From positions 1,946 to 65,945 of the forward strand of contig JABDDF010000003.1 of assembly GCA_013287745.1 (NCBI GenBank): 64,000 nt of DNA, in the 5' to 3' direction. Position numbers and translations under genes: made by a program. The stretch comes from Gammaproteobacteria bacterium. Its GTDB lineage: Bacteria > Pseudomonadota > Gammaproteobacteria > DSM-16500. Positions 21,204 to 30,713 of this stretch are shown piece after piece (position 1 is the stretch's first letter; every line of letters starts with the position of its first letter). Under the pieces are notes generated by a model. The model was not told where the DNA came from. It saw only the letters and a program-made list of their open reading frames with translations, and did no database searches.

Positions 21204-22446
21204 GATAATCATCCTTTTTTATATAGAATGTTGTGAATAGTGTAACAAGAGCAGAAAATATTAAATAATATACTGGTGCGTCAGCTATGTTGGTCTGTTG
21301 AATTAATAAAAATCCTAATGTTGGTACAATGCCACCAAGCACGCCAAAACTAAAATTAAAAGAAAAGGAAGCAATTGTTGAGCGCGTATTGGGTTTAAGG
21401 ATTTGAATTAATAATCCCGGAATTGTTGCAGAATTAATAGTTGATAATAGTCCAAAAGCAAGTAATGGAAATAAAATTAATGCAGGATTATGAAGAAGTA
21501 AATCAAATAAGGGAATGCTAAAAATAATAAATAATACGCATGAAAGTCGTATCATACCAATACCAGACCAACGATCAGCTATTAATCCCATTAAAGGAAT
21601 GAATAACAATCTACTTAACAATGACAAGGCATTATTGCCTAAAATATCATGAGCGCCATTGATTGAAATGCTATTCATATAATTCGGGATAAACATGAAA
21701 ATAAAATAAAATGCAGTCGCAGGAAAATAAATAAGTCCTATTGATTTTAAATAATTATGAAATTGATCTTGATATGATTCGATAATAGGGTTTGCTGAAC
21801 AGGTAGAATTTAAGCGAATATTTTTGTAAATAATAGTTTCATCTAAATTTCTTCGTATAAAATAAATCAATAAACCAAGCGGAGCAGAAAGGAAGAAACC
21901 AATACGCCAGCCATAAGAAAGTAATACATTGTGTTGGAAGATAAAAAATGAAAGTGAAGTAGCATAGGATGCTATCATTATTCCAATGCTACCTGTAAAT
22001 GCACCTATACTTCCAAAGAAATAACGATATTTACTTGAACTTGATTCACAAAAATAAATAATATTATTTGTAAATTCTCCGCCTATGCAGATACCTTGAA
22101 GTATGCGAATGATAGTTAATAAAAGGGGAGCAAATAAACCAATCTGTTGATAGGTAGGTAGAAGCGCCATGCAGACTGTTGGAAGCGTGATCAGCAGAGG
22201 TGTTAACTTTAAACATGTTGCTCGGCCATATTTATCGCTAATGTAGCCAAAAATAAGAGCTCCAATAGGCCGTGAACAAAAGCCTACTGTAAAAATAGCT
22301 AATGTTTTAATGATTGCAATATTAGTTAGGTCAGAGGGAAAGTATAATTTTGCAATGACAGGCGCAAAAAAGCCATATAGAGCAAAATCATACCATTCGA
22401 AAATACAGCCTAAGCCACTGCTGAGTCTATTCCTTAGTAGTTTCAT
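21196..22446 (-). CDS. MFS transporter (ProP/MHS family)
   Basis: EWYDFALYG, RPIGALIFGYISDKYGR, RILQGICIGGE. Confidence 0.93.
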   Translation of the reverse strand: MKLLRNRLSSGLGCIFEWYDFALYGFFAPVIAKLYFPSDLTNIAIIKTLAIFTVGFCSRPIGALIFGYISDKYGRATCLKLTPLLITLPTVCMALLPTYQQIGLFAPLLLTIIRILQGICIGGEFTNNIIYFCESSSSKYRYFFGSIGAFTGSIGIMIASYATSLSFFIFQHNVLLSYGWRIGFFLSAPLGLLIYFIRRNLDETIIYKNIRLNSTCSANPIIESYQDQFHNYLKSIGLIYFPATAFYFIFMFIPNYMNSISINGAHDILGNNALSLLSRLLFIPLMGLIADRWSGIGMIRLSCVLFIIFSIPLFDLLLHNPALILFPLLAFGLLSTINSATIPGLLIQILKPNTRSTIASFSFNFSFGVLGGIVPTLGFLLIQQTNIADAPVYYLIFSALVTLFTTFYIKKDDYHE

Positions 22447-22843
22447 TTTCCTTATCCAATACCTTTTCATCTCTTGCAGCAAATACTTCTTTTGCAGTAT
22501 TTACACCATTTAAAGCGGCGGGAAAGCCTGCATATCCAGCAATATGAGTCATAATGTCTATGATTTCAGATCGTGAGATACCAATATTTAAGGCGCAATT
22601 AATGTGATAAGCCAACTGAGGTTTTGCATTTCCCAATGTCGCAAGAATAGTAACAGTCAGCATTTGCTTCGTTTTTAGTTCAAGTCCGTCACGATGGTAA
22701 AGATCACCAAAAATAAACTCTAAAACATAATTTGCTAGGTCAGGTGCGGTTTTGCCTAGTCCTTTTAAGACAGCTTGATCGCCGCCAGGGCATAATTTGT
22801 TTATTTCCGTTGAGCCTCTTTCTAGTCGTTTAGTCATATGCAC
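22427..22843 (-). CDS. Carboxymuconolactone decarboxylase (AhpD/CMD) family protein
   Basis: FIFGDLYHRDGL, QLAYHINCAL, YAGFPAALN. Confidence 0.9.
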   Translation of the reverse strand: MHMTKRLERGSTEINKLCPGGDQAVLKGLGKTAPDLANYVLEFIFGDLYHRDGLELKTKQMLTVTILATLGNAKPQLAYHINCALNIGISRSEIIDIMTHIAGYAGFPAALNGVNTAKEVFAARDEKVLDKENETTKE

Positions 22844-22877
22844 CCCTTTTAAAATATCTAAATATTATAAAATATAA

Positions 22878-22906
22878 TTGACAATATCTAAATTGGATAA
22901 TATCAT
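22878..22906 (+). promoter_or_regulatory. Sigma70 promoter with operator in the spacer, driving the biosynthetic operon
   Basis: TTGACA-N17-TATCAT; the spacer contains tatctaaattggata. Confidence 0.7.
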
Positions 22907-23040
22907 TTTGCTATCAGATGATTATTGAGTTAAAAATACGCAAAAATATCATCCTATGGCAATAAAAGTTAGGTGGATGTTGTAGCATAATTTCACCAAA
23001 AAATGAATATGAAATTAAATAATAAGAAGAGACGCGACAT

Positions 23041-23397
23041 ATGATTGATTTTTATTTTAAAAATAAAAAGAATAATGACAGTTCTTTTACTGAATTATTT
23101 TCGCTATTGAAGCGATATGAAAAATTAGAAGGAGAGTCGACAACACTACTCTATGAATCAAGTGAACTTAAATATATCAATCAGCATATAGACAATGCGA
23201 TCAACACATTATTGCAGGGGTTGCAGGATTTGGGCCAGTTAATTGGTGTTTCTAGTCAGAGTGAAGAAATCAGACTAAACGAATTCAAATATATCGGTTT
23301 CTTTATTTCTGCCATTACTAACTTAACTGAAGCTTTAAACGATTTACGAACGGATACGGAGTACTCGCTCAAACAGCGAGGAGTACAGAATTATTAG
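23041..23397 (+). CDS. Hypothetical helical protein
   Basis: 118-aa ORF at the head of the operon. Confidence 0.55.
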   Translation: MIDFYFKNKKNNDSSFTELFSLLKRYEKLEGESTTLLYESSELKYINQHIDNAINTLLQGLQDLGQLIGVSSQSEEIRLNEFKYIGFFISAITNLTEALNDLRTDTEYSLKQRGVQNY

Positions 23398-23425
23398 AGA
23401 GCTGAATGTATATGTTTTTTGAATA

Positions 23426-24145
23426 ATGTTAGAGGGAAAGCGTATGATGCGCAATTTAAGTAAGGATCAGAGAAAGTTATATCAACAATATTCGCGATTG
23501 AGCGAAGAAATGACTAGCATTTCTGAACTGAATCAGAATATGAAGTATTCACATGAATATGTTTGGCGGTTGATTTCAAGTCAAGGTATTTGGGTGTTGC
23601 CCATGCCTAAGTGTTATGGTGGTTATGGCCTTGGCTGGCAAGATTGTATTGCTGCTTTTGACGGATTTTTTAGTAATTATCCTGATATCAACTTCCTTAC
23701 TTTATTTATATCTCAGGTCAGTGCTTTGTATGTAATATTACAATATGGAACGGAAGATATTAAACAACGATATTTGCCTCGTTTAATGCAAGGCGAAATT
23801 GCATATCTGCATATTTCTAAATATATTCACAATTTACTTCATCATGAATATCAACAAAAGATAAATAAAAATCAAAGTCTTCATGTCACAAATAATAAAA
23901 TATTCATTTATGTCGACAAGCTTGATGAAGATGTCATTTTTTATATCTGCGAAAAAAAAACAGTTTTGGAATCAAAAGCTGTAAATGAACCAATAAATTC
24001 AACTTTACTTGAAGAAAATAAATTTACTGCAAAAGAAACAGGGATATTTGCATTATTTGACCTAATTAATTTTGAAAGAATATTTTATGGAATTTTTTTA
24101 TCGAGCTATGCATGTAAAATTAAAAACAGAATAATATTTTCTTAA
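23426..24145 (+). CDS. Truncated/degenerate acyl-CoA dehydrogenase-like protein
   Basis: P..YGGYGLG and YGTEDIKQRYLPRLMQGE N-domain motifs; the remainder is short and divergent. Confidence 0.65.
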   Translation: MLEGKRMMRNLSKDQRKLYQQYSRLSEEMTSISELNQNMKYSHEYVWRLISSQGIWVLPMPKCYGGYGLGWQDCIAAFDGFFSNYPDINFLTLFISQVSALYVILQYGTEDIKQRYLPRLMQGEIAYLHISKYIHNLLHHEYQQKINKNQSLHVTNNKIFIYVDKLDEDVIFYICEKKTVLESKAVNEPINSTLLEENKFTAKETGIFALFDLINFERIFYGIFLSSYACKIKNRIIFS

Positions 24146-24214
24146 TGATCGTTAAAGGTAATAACTGAGTTCAAAATGAGTAATTTATTTTATTAAAAAG
24201 AAGAGGTAATATTT

Positions 24215-24919
24215 ATGCGTGAAAAAATTAGCTGTCAGCAAGCTGTAGACCATTGTTTGTGTGAAATGGAAAAATTATTTTCAAAAATTTCATTCGCAAA
24301 GGCATTTCATTCAGGTGAAAAAACAGATTTAGCCTATTATAAAAGGCATTTGATTGAAATCATTCTGAGAATAAAATTAAACAATGAGGTTGATGCCTAT
24401 TCACTGTATAAGCTAGGTTATCGAGATAATTACTTGTCTAAGAAGCTAGCAACTTATTTATCAGAAGAATATGGACATGAAGCTTTTTTTATGAGCGATT
24501 TGAATTCGCTGGGTGTAACTGCAAATGAAGTCGATAACACCGACCCATTTTTTTCAACTAAAAAATTGATTGGATATCTGTACTATTCGATTATGAAAGA
24601 TGGTGCTATGCCAACGATGGTATGGAATTGGTTGGTGGAATGGTATTCAGATACTTATAATCATATTATCACCAATAAATTTTCCGATGAATTTGGAAAA
24701 GATAAAGTTATTGGCTCATTGAAACATCTTTCTTTTGACGAGAAGCATGATCATCTAAGCTTAATGTTTTCTACTATACAAGCAACAGTTAAAGATGACA
24801 GTGATATTGATAAAATTAAAACTTATATCAGTAACTTCATTTATCTTATCGGTGAATACTATCAAGAGCTTTATGATAATACACTCGGGCTGAATGAAGC
24901 TTTATCAAAGGCCTCATAA
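24215..24919 (+). CDS. Heme-oxygenase-like diiron oxidase (HDO; CADD/PqqC/TenA-like fold)
   Basis: EEYGHE....DL..LG, central E (LVEW) and H...DEKH metal-ligand pattern. Confidence 0.75.
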   Translation: MREKISCQQAVDHCLCEMEKLFSKISFAKAFHSGEKTDLAYYKRHLIEIILRIKLNNEVDAYSLYKLGYRDNYLSKKLATYLSEEYGHEAFFMSDLNSLGVTANEVDNTDPFFSTKKLIGYLYYSIMKDGAMPTMVWNWLVEWYSDTYNHIITNKFSDEFGKDKVIGSLKHLSFDEKHDHLSLMFSTIQATVKDDSDIDKIKTYISNFIYLIGEYYQELYDNTLGLNEALSKAS

Positions 24920-24942
24920 ATAAAAAAAGATGGAATAGTGTT

Positions 24943-26187
24943 ATGAAATCCAACGTTGCGATTATTGAACCAAGTTCTGCTGGCATTAAGTTGATCGATG
25001 CCAGCCTTAACTTAGAGAACAATGTCATTGTATTAACGTCAAATACAAATGATCGAGTAATTCCTGTTAAATATAAAAAAATCTGCAAAATTGTTGAGGT
25101 TGATACAAATGATGAAATGGCATTAAGAAATAAGCTGAATACTTTAAACGTAGAGAATAAAATCAACGCTATTTTGCCAGGGTTTGAATACTACGTGCCT
25201 ACATCAGCTCGATTAAGCCACTATTTTGGGTTAAAGGGCCTTCCTGTATCGACAGTGGATGCTATGCGATTTAAGCATAAAATGCGAGAGCATCTTGTCA
25301 ATTCAGGTATTAGAATGCCACAGTTTCATGTCATTCAATCTTTAGATGATGTTCGAAAATTAAGAAATAAAATTCTATTTCCCTGTGTTGTTAAGCCATC
25401 GCATCTTGCTGGTAGTTTATATATTAGAAAAATATATTCATTTGATGAATTGCAAAAATATTTATGTATCCTGCTGCAAGATCAATATCAAGATATGGGT
25501 TATTCAATGCAGGGTGATATTCTCATAGAAGAATATATCTCAGGTCGTGAGTTGAGTGTGGAAGGATATGTTAATAATGGTCGCATCAATTATGTGTCTA
25601 TAACGGATAAATATCTCGGTGCTGAACCATATTTTGTAGAAATTGGTCATATTGTTAAAGCGAATATTAGTGCCGAAGTTGAAAATGACTTGCTTGATTA
25701 CACAAGTTCAGTGATTAAGGCATTAGGTATTAATGTTGGTGCATTTCATGCAGAAATACGACTAGCGAATGGAGAGCCCGTATTAATTGAAATAGCAGCT
25801 CGTCTTGTTGGGGATTGTATCAGTGAATTAATTGAGCTTTCGACAGGAATATCCCTGTCTGAAAAAATGGTCGAAACCTATCTAGGGCAATCTGTGGAAA
25901 ATAAGACACTATCTGAATTTAAACGCTATTCAGGTGTGAGATTTATTTATGGTAGGGCAGGAAATATCTTTACTGGATTGATGGGGCAAGATGAAATACA
26001 CGAAATGACAGGCTTTTATCAGTTAAGGTCATTATTACAGGAAGGGGATGTGATCCAACCATTTATAGATTATAGAGGGCGTATTGCTGAGATAATATTT
26101 TATGGTGAATCACACGCTGAAGTTGAATCAAGACTAAATTCTGCAAGTCAAAAATTAAATATTCTTACTAGGAAAGCTAATGAGTAA
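24943..26187 (+). CDS. ATP-grasp L-amino acid ligase
   Basis: KHKMRE, FPCVVKP, EEYISGRELSVEG, FHAEIR, IEIAARLVG. Confidence 0.92.
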   Translation: MKSNVAIIEPSSAGIKLIDASLNLENNVIVLTSNTNDRVIPVKYKKICKIVEVDTNDEMALRNKLNTLNVENKINAILPGFEYYVPTSARLSHYFGLKGLPVSTVDAMRFKHKMREHLVNSGIRMPQFHVIQSLDDVRKLRNKILFPCVVKPSHLAGSLYIRKIYSFDELQKYLCILLQDQYQDMGYSMQGDILIEEYISGRELSVEGYVNNGRINYVSITDKYLGAEPYFVEIGHIVKANISAEVENDLLDYTSSVIKALGINVGAFHAEIRLANGEPVLIEIAARLVGDCISELIELSTGISLSEKMVETYLGQSVENKTLSEFKRYSGVRFIYGRAGNIFTGLMGQDEIHEMTGFYQLRSLLQEGDVIQPFIDYRGRIAEIIFYGESHAEVESRLNSASQKLNILTRKANE

Positions 26188-27463
26188 TACTTCCGTATTG
26201 ATTATTAATAGATGGAATGATCGACTGTGTAATTATGAGAAATTGATTGATCATGAGAAGTATGAGGTATTTTATCTCACTAATAAAGTGGGTGAAAAGA
26301 ATGCTAATAAATCAATTTCAAAGGGTATATTAGTCCTTGATGATCTTAATATTGCATCATTAGATGCAAATTCTGATTCTTTCTTTAAGAAAATAGCTAA
26401 GATAGATTGCATTATTGCGCTATCAGAAATTGATCAGGAATTAGCTGCTTATTTGCGGTCACAATATCATGTTCCAGGGTTAAAAAAGAATGATATCTTA
26501 AAATTTAGAGATAAGGTCATAATGAAACAAGTGGCTCAGGAGTCGGGGATTACTGTTCCAGTTTTTTCAGGGCTTAATGATATAAATAAAATTTATTCAT
26601 TTGCTACTCAGTATGACTACCCAATTATATTAAAGCCAAAAGATGGTGTGTCAAGCGAAGGCGTTATTAAAATTCACGATGATAATGAGCTTGATTATTC
26701 CTTACAACAGATAAATATGGATGGTTATGAATGCGAGAAATTCATTGATGGCACTGTCTATCATGTCGATGGAATCGTTTTTAATTCCAAGATCATCTTT
26801 ATAAAGATTTCTCAATACCTAAACACTTGCCTTGAGTACACAAAAGGTACTCCATTAGGCTCAGTCATGATTGACGATAAATTATTAATTACAAAAATTG
26901 AAGAATTTACTCAAAAGGTCATTGCAGCATTTCAACTGGATAATAATTCATTTCACTTAGAGCTCATTATAGATCCATCAAATACTATTTATTTTCTTGA
27001 AATAGGCGCACGTGTTGGAGGGGCGCAAGTTCCATACCTATATGAAAAAATATTTAATATCAATTTATTTCAACTGTGGATTGATATTCAGCTAGGGAGA
27101 AATATTAGCGAGCCTATTTATGACGAGTTAGACAGGCAGCAGCTAGGTGGATGGCTGTTGATACCTGAACCGCGCTTAATTCCTTCAGAAGTAATCAAAG
27201 TAAAAAAAATGAAAGACGAAATTTCTGAAATTATAGATGAGAAACTCCCCACGATTGGGCACATATTCTATGGGAATGGTGAGTACCGTGATATTAGCGC
27301 TGCTTATCTGCTGAAAGGTACAAGCACAAAGCAAATTGAAAAAGCTATTCATCGAATTATAAATGATTTTTATATCCAACTTAACCATGTTAAAAGAGGA
27401 AAATGCCATGATATTAACCATGTTGAAAGCAAAACTACATCAAGCGTCAATTACTCACGCTGA
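26180..27463 (+). CDS. ATP-grasp ligase
   Basis: FRDKVIMK, YPIILKP, EKFIDG, FHLE, FLEIGARVGG. Confidence 0.92.
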   Translation: MSNTSVLIINRWNDRLCNYEKLIDHEKYEVFYLTNKVGEKNANKSISKGILVLDDLNIASLDANSDSFFKKIAKIDCIIALSEIDQELAAYLRSQYHVPGLKKNDILKFRDKVIMKQVAQESGITVPVFSGLNDINKIYSFATQYDYPIILKPKDGVSSEGVIKIHDDNELDYSLQQINMDGYECEKFIDGTVYHVDGIVFNSKIIFIKISQYLNTCLEYTKGTPLGSVMIDDKLLITKIEEFTQKVIAAFQLDNNSFHLELIIDPSNTIYFLEIGARVGGAQVPYLYEKIFNINLFQLWIDIQLGRNISEPIYDELDRQQLGGWLLIPEPRLIPSEVIKVKKMKDEISEIIDEKLPTIGHIFYGNGEYRDISAAYLLKGTSTKQIEKAIHRIINDFYIQLNHVKRGKCHDINHVESKTTSSVNYSR

Positions 27464-27797
27464 ACTGCACTATGAAGGTTCTTGTGCCATTGATGAGGAT
27501 TTGTTAGATAAAGTGGGTATCCTGCCTAATGAGCAAATCCAAATTTATAATTTAAATAATGCGAATCGATTTACGACCTACGCCATTCCTGCACCTCGTG
27601 GCTCTAGGATGATATCGGTTAATGGAGCGGCAGCCTTATTAGCAAATCCCAAGGATCGTGTTATTATCTGCTCCTATGCTATGTTTGATGCTATAGAAGT
27701 CGAAAATTTTAAACCGAAAGTAGCTATGTTAGATGAAAATAATCATGTTAAATCTACAAAAAATATTCAAGTAGATGAGCTAGCAATGGTCAGTTAA
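27408..27797 (+). CDS. panD: Aspartate 1-decarboxylase
   Basis: From ATG 27408: K9, H11, G24-S25 autocleavage site, R54, T57, Y58 and NGAAA all in register. Confidence 0.97.
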   Translation: MILTMLKAKLHQASITHAELHYEGSCAIDEDLLDKVGILPNEQIQIYNLNNANRFTTYAIPAPRGSRMISVNGAAALLANPKDRVIICSYAMFDAIEVENFKPKVAMLDENNHVKSTKNIQVDELAMVS

Positions 27798-27840
27798 GGA
27801 TAATAGGCAGGGATGCCTTTTATGACACAGGATCGTAACA

Positions 27841-29046
27841 ATGCAGATCGATAAAATTAAATGGCTTTACATTGCAAGATTTTTTAGTCTTACGGGCAGT
27901 CAAATACTTTTCTTTGCCTTACCACTCTTGATATTTAAATTAACGAATAGCATTTTCTATTCTGGGCTCGCGTTTAGCATAGAATGGGCAGCACGTCTGA
28001 TATCCTTTCCATTATCAGGCTATTGTGCAGATCACTTTGGCTCAAAACGTGTCTATGTACTAACAGATTTAGTCGTTGGCGGATTGTGCATACTATCCCT
28101 ATTACTGATGCTTATATTCCAGGGAATTTCGCTATACGTATTAATGATATTAGCAACATCCGCAGGCTTTTTATCAGAACAAGGCTATGTTTCTGCTGAG
28201 TCATTGGCGCCAAAGCTAGTGAGTTCACAATATTATCCAAAATCACAATCTATTTTAGAAATCTTAGAGCTTATGTCCTTGCTATTTGGCCCATTTTTGT
28301 CAGCGATATTTCTTATCTATTTTAGCCTTAATCATTTAATATTAATCGCAATGATATTTTATTTTTTAAGTGCACTGGCTATGAAAATAATTAAGGTGGA
28401 AGGGCATACAGCTAATACACAGGGTAATGTTGTTCATGAATTATTACTCGGATTTAACGTAGTTAAAGAGCATTCATACTTAATTCAGATGATCTTGCTT
28501 TCAATGCTGCTTAATCTCTTGTTTGGCTTAATGACAGGTTCAGCACCGGCAATGGTAGTCGGGATATTTCAAAAATCAGATCATTTTTATGCGCTCTTGA
28601 ATTTTTCATCAGGTTTGTTTGGCGCCTTTGTCATTATTTTATTTAACTATGCGTTAAAACATATCTCTATATTAAAAATTGGTATAATCACATTTTTACT
28701 AGCTTGTTTTAGCTGTATCTGTTTTGGGTTTATCCATAGCTATCTTGCCTATGTTTTAATTTATGCATTTTTTTATGGGGTCAATGCATTGTTTTCAATC
28801 TTTTTTAGAAGCGAACGTGCACGTATTATACCCAAAGAACTCTTAGGTAGAACAATAGGCTCGATTATATTCATCACATTTTTATTTTTTCCCTTGTCGG
28901 GGTTGTTGATTAGTATTAGTGAGCAAACCATTGGATTACAAAATTTAGTGATGTTGTTTGGCATATTATGCTTTATTTTTGGAATACCAACACTTTTAAA
29001 AATTCGGCAAATAGATTTTGTTAAAGCAGATGAGGCGGCGTCATGA
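27841..29046 (+). CDS. MFS exporter
   Basis: ~12 TM segments; G..ADHFGSKR loop; IPKELLGR. Confidence 0.88.
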   Translation: MQIDKIKWLYIARFFSLTGSQILFFALPLLIFKLTNSIFYSGLAFSIEWAARLISFPLSGYCADHFGSKRVYVLTDLVVGGLCILSLLLMLIFQGISLYVLMILATSAGFLSEQGYVSAESLAPKLVSSQYYPKSQSILEILELMSLLFGPFLSAIFLIYFSLNHLILIAMIFYFLSALAMKIIKVEGHTANTQGNVVHELLLGFNVVKEHSYLIQMILLSMLLNLLFGLMTGSAPAMVVGIFQKSDHFYALLNFSSGLFGAFVIILFNYALKHISILKIGIITFLLACFSCICFGFIHSYLAYVLIYAFFYGVNALFSIFFRSERARIIPKELLGRTIGSIIFITFLFFPLSGLLISISEQTIGLQNLVMLFGILCFIFGIPTLLKIRQIDFVKADEAAS

Positions 29047-29300
29047 AGTTTATTAAATTGACAGTAAAAAATCATACCGTTATGCACGGTTTCGATGGCG
29101 ATAATAAGGAAATTTTAGAAAAATGCTACGTTGATAAACCAACGACGAAATTAATCGCTGTCGATAGAATTAAGTCATTGTGTAAAGACCTTGTTTTGAT
29201 TGATTATGCAGATAATCGATGGATATTTTGGGAGTATGAGGAGAATTTTGATGATGTGGCGGAGGCGTTGGGTAAGGCGGGGTTGTTGGTTGATGGTTGA
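29043..29300 (+). CDS. Hypothetical protein
   Basis: ATGA overlap with the MFS gene; RBS gagg. Confidence 0.65.
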   Translation: MKFIKLTVKNHTVMHGFDGDNKEILEKCYVDKPTTKLIAVDRIKSLCKDLVLIDYADNRWIFWEYEENFDDVAEALGKAGLLVDG

Positions 29301-29503
29301 GAAATAGTGGAGCGTGGGAAAGAGTCAGTTCCATTTTTATTTTCACGAATCGTTAATAATAATTGGTTTTGTAATATCGTAAATGAATGTAATGCCTAAA
29401 CTTATTTGTTGAAAATAGGTATTACAAACCCTAATTCATCGTCGAAATATGTTGATTTAGTATCAGAATTAATTAAGGTGCTTTGCTAGAAGTGTATTTT
29501 AAC

Positions 29504-29519
29504 CTTAATAAAACCTTAA
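29504..29519 (+). promoter_or_regulatory. PmrA-box-like direct repeat
   Basis: cTTAA-taaaac-cTTAA (11-bp period) upstream of ORF 29614. Confidence 0.5.
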
Positions 29520-29613
29520 AAATTTAAATGCAAGATAATATATAATTGGGCTCCTACATTTAAGTTTTATATATTCTTTAATCATAAATCAACACTATAC
29601 GAGAGTCTACAGA

Positions 29614-30612
29614 ATGTTCGCCAGAATGTTTTCTAATCCTGATATAAAATCTAATACCACTATTTTGGATCAAACCTTTATTCCAAAAATTTCCTACACT
29701 GAACTTCAAACTGAGATGACTAAGTTATTTGATTTAAAAAAACTTAAGAATGTTAAAAATTCTACTGAAGACACTAGCCTTACCCAATATTGGGATTTAG
29801 ATAAACAAGCTAACTGGAAAATTTATAAAAATGTCGCTATTAAATTAATTCTTTCTTATGCAAAAACACATAAACTAGATATTCTAGAACTCTATGCTTT
29901 ATTAGGAGATTGCAGAAATATTATTGCAATGAATTTGCAGCAGAAGGATGTTGATAAATTAGGTAAAACTAGGCCGCTAGTTAGTGCAGATAAACTAATG
30001 TATGAAAGGTATAGAACTTTAATAAAATATACAGATATATATGCTTCTTTTGCGCCAGCGTTAGTAGAAAAGTTTCGCTCAAATGGCTGGAGTGATGAAC
30101 ATAATATACTGATTGATGATATTGTAGTAACTGAACTTTGTCTTAATGACATTGGCGAATATGCGATAACAATAATGCATTGTGAACCTTCAGATGAAGC
30201 TTTCGGTATACTTGCTAAAAAAATAAAAGATGAATTTTCAGTATTTTTAAATTGCGATGAGAAAGATGATATTCTCCAAAGCATCGCAAAACTCGTATAT
30301 TACTTTGTATTAGCTATGCCTTTAGAAAGAGGAAGTGCAGCCACTACGGAAATGATGATTCAAGTATTGCTTAAAGGAAAAGGCCTATATCTTGAGTATA
30401 CAGATAATATTCCTTTGGATCTTCATGCTTTCCTTGCTAAAGATATAAATGAATTTATCGAAATATTTTGTTCTACACATAAAACTAAAAAAATCAGTCA
30501 AAAACAAGAAATATTTTTTAAACCAAAATCAGAAGAGGAAAATGAAGATATTTTTTCTAGCGCACAATCTTTATTTGGAGAGCTAGATAAAGAAAATTGC
30601 CTTATCTCTTAA
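29614..30612 (+). CDS. AvrB/AvrC-like Fido-fold effector candidate
   Basis: AMPLERGSAATTE...G..L...IPLDLHA resembles the AvrB C-terminal motif; Glu-rich C-terminus. Confidence 0.65.
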   Translation: MFARMFSNPDIKSNTTILDQTFIPKISYTELQTEMTKLFDLKKLKNVKNSTEDTSLTQYWDLDKQANWKIYKNVAIKLILSYAKTHKLDILELYALLGDCRNIIAMNLQQKDVDKLGKTRPLVSADKLMYERYRTLIKYTDIYASFAPALVEKFRSNGWSDEHNILIDDIVVTELCLNDIGEYAITIMHCEPSDEAFGILAKKIKDEFSVFLNCDEKDDILQSIAKLVYYFVLAMPLERGSAATTEMMIQVLLKGKGLYLEYTDNIPLDLHAFLAKDINEFIEIFCSTHKTKKISQKQEIFFKPKSEEENEDIFSSAQSLFGELDKENCLIS

Positions 30613-30713
30613 GCTGTAGTAGTCGATTTAAATTACGTTCCCAGCCCGCAGAGTTTGATCGTCCAATAATTCAGGAATGAAGATAAGATTTGTCATATTA
30701 CATTCCAGTTAAT

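Noticed and set aside
27408-27797. panD as part of a housekeeping pantothenate operon
   Set aside because: No panB/panC adjacent; it is embedded in an ICE cargo operon (a nutritional role is not fully excluded)
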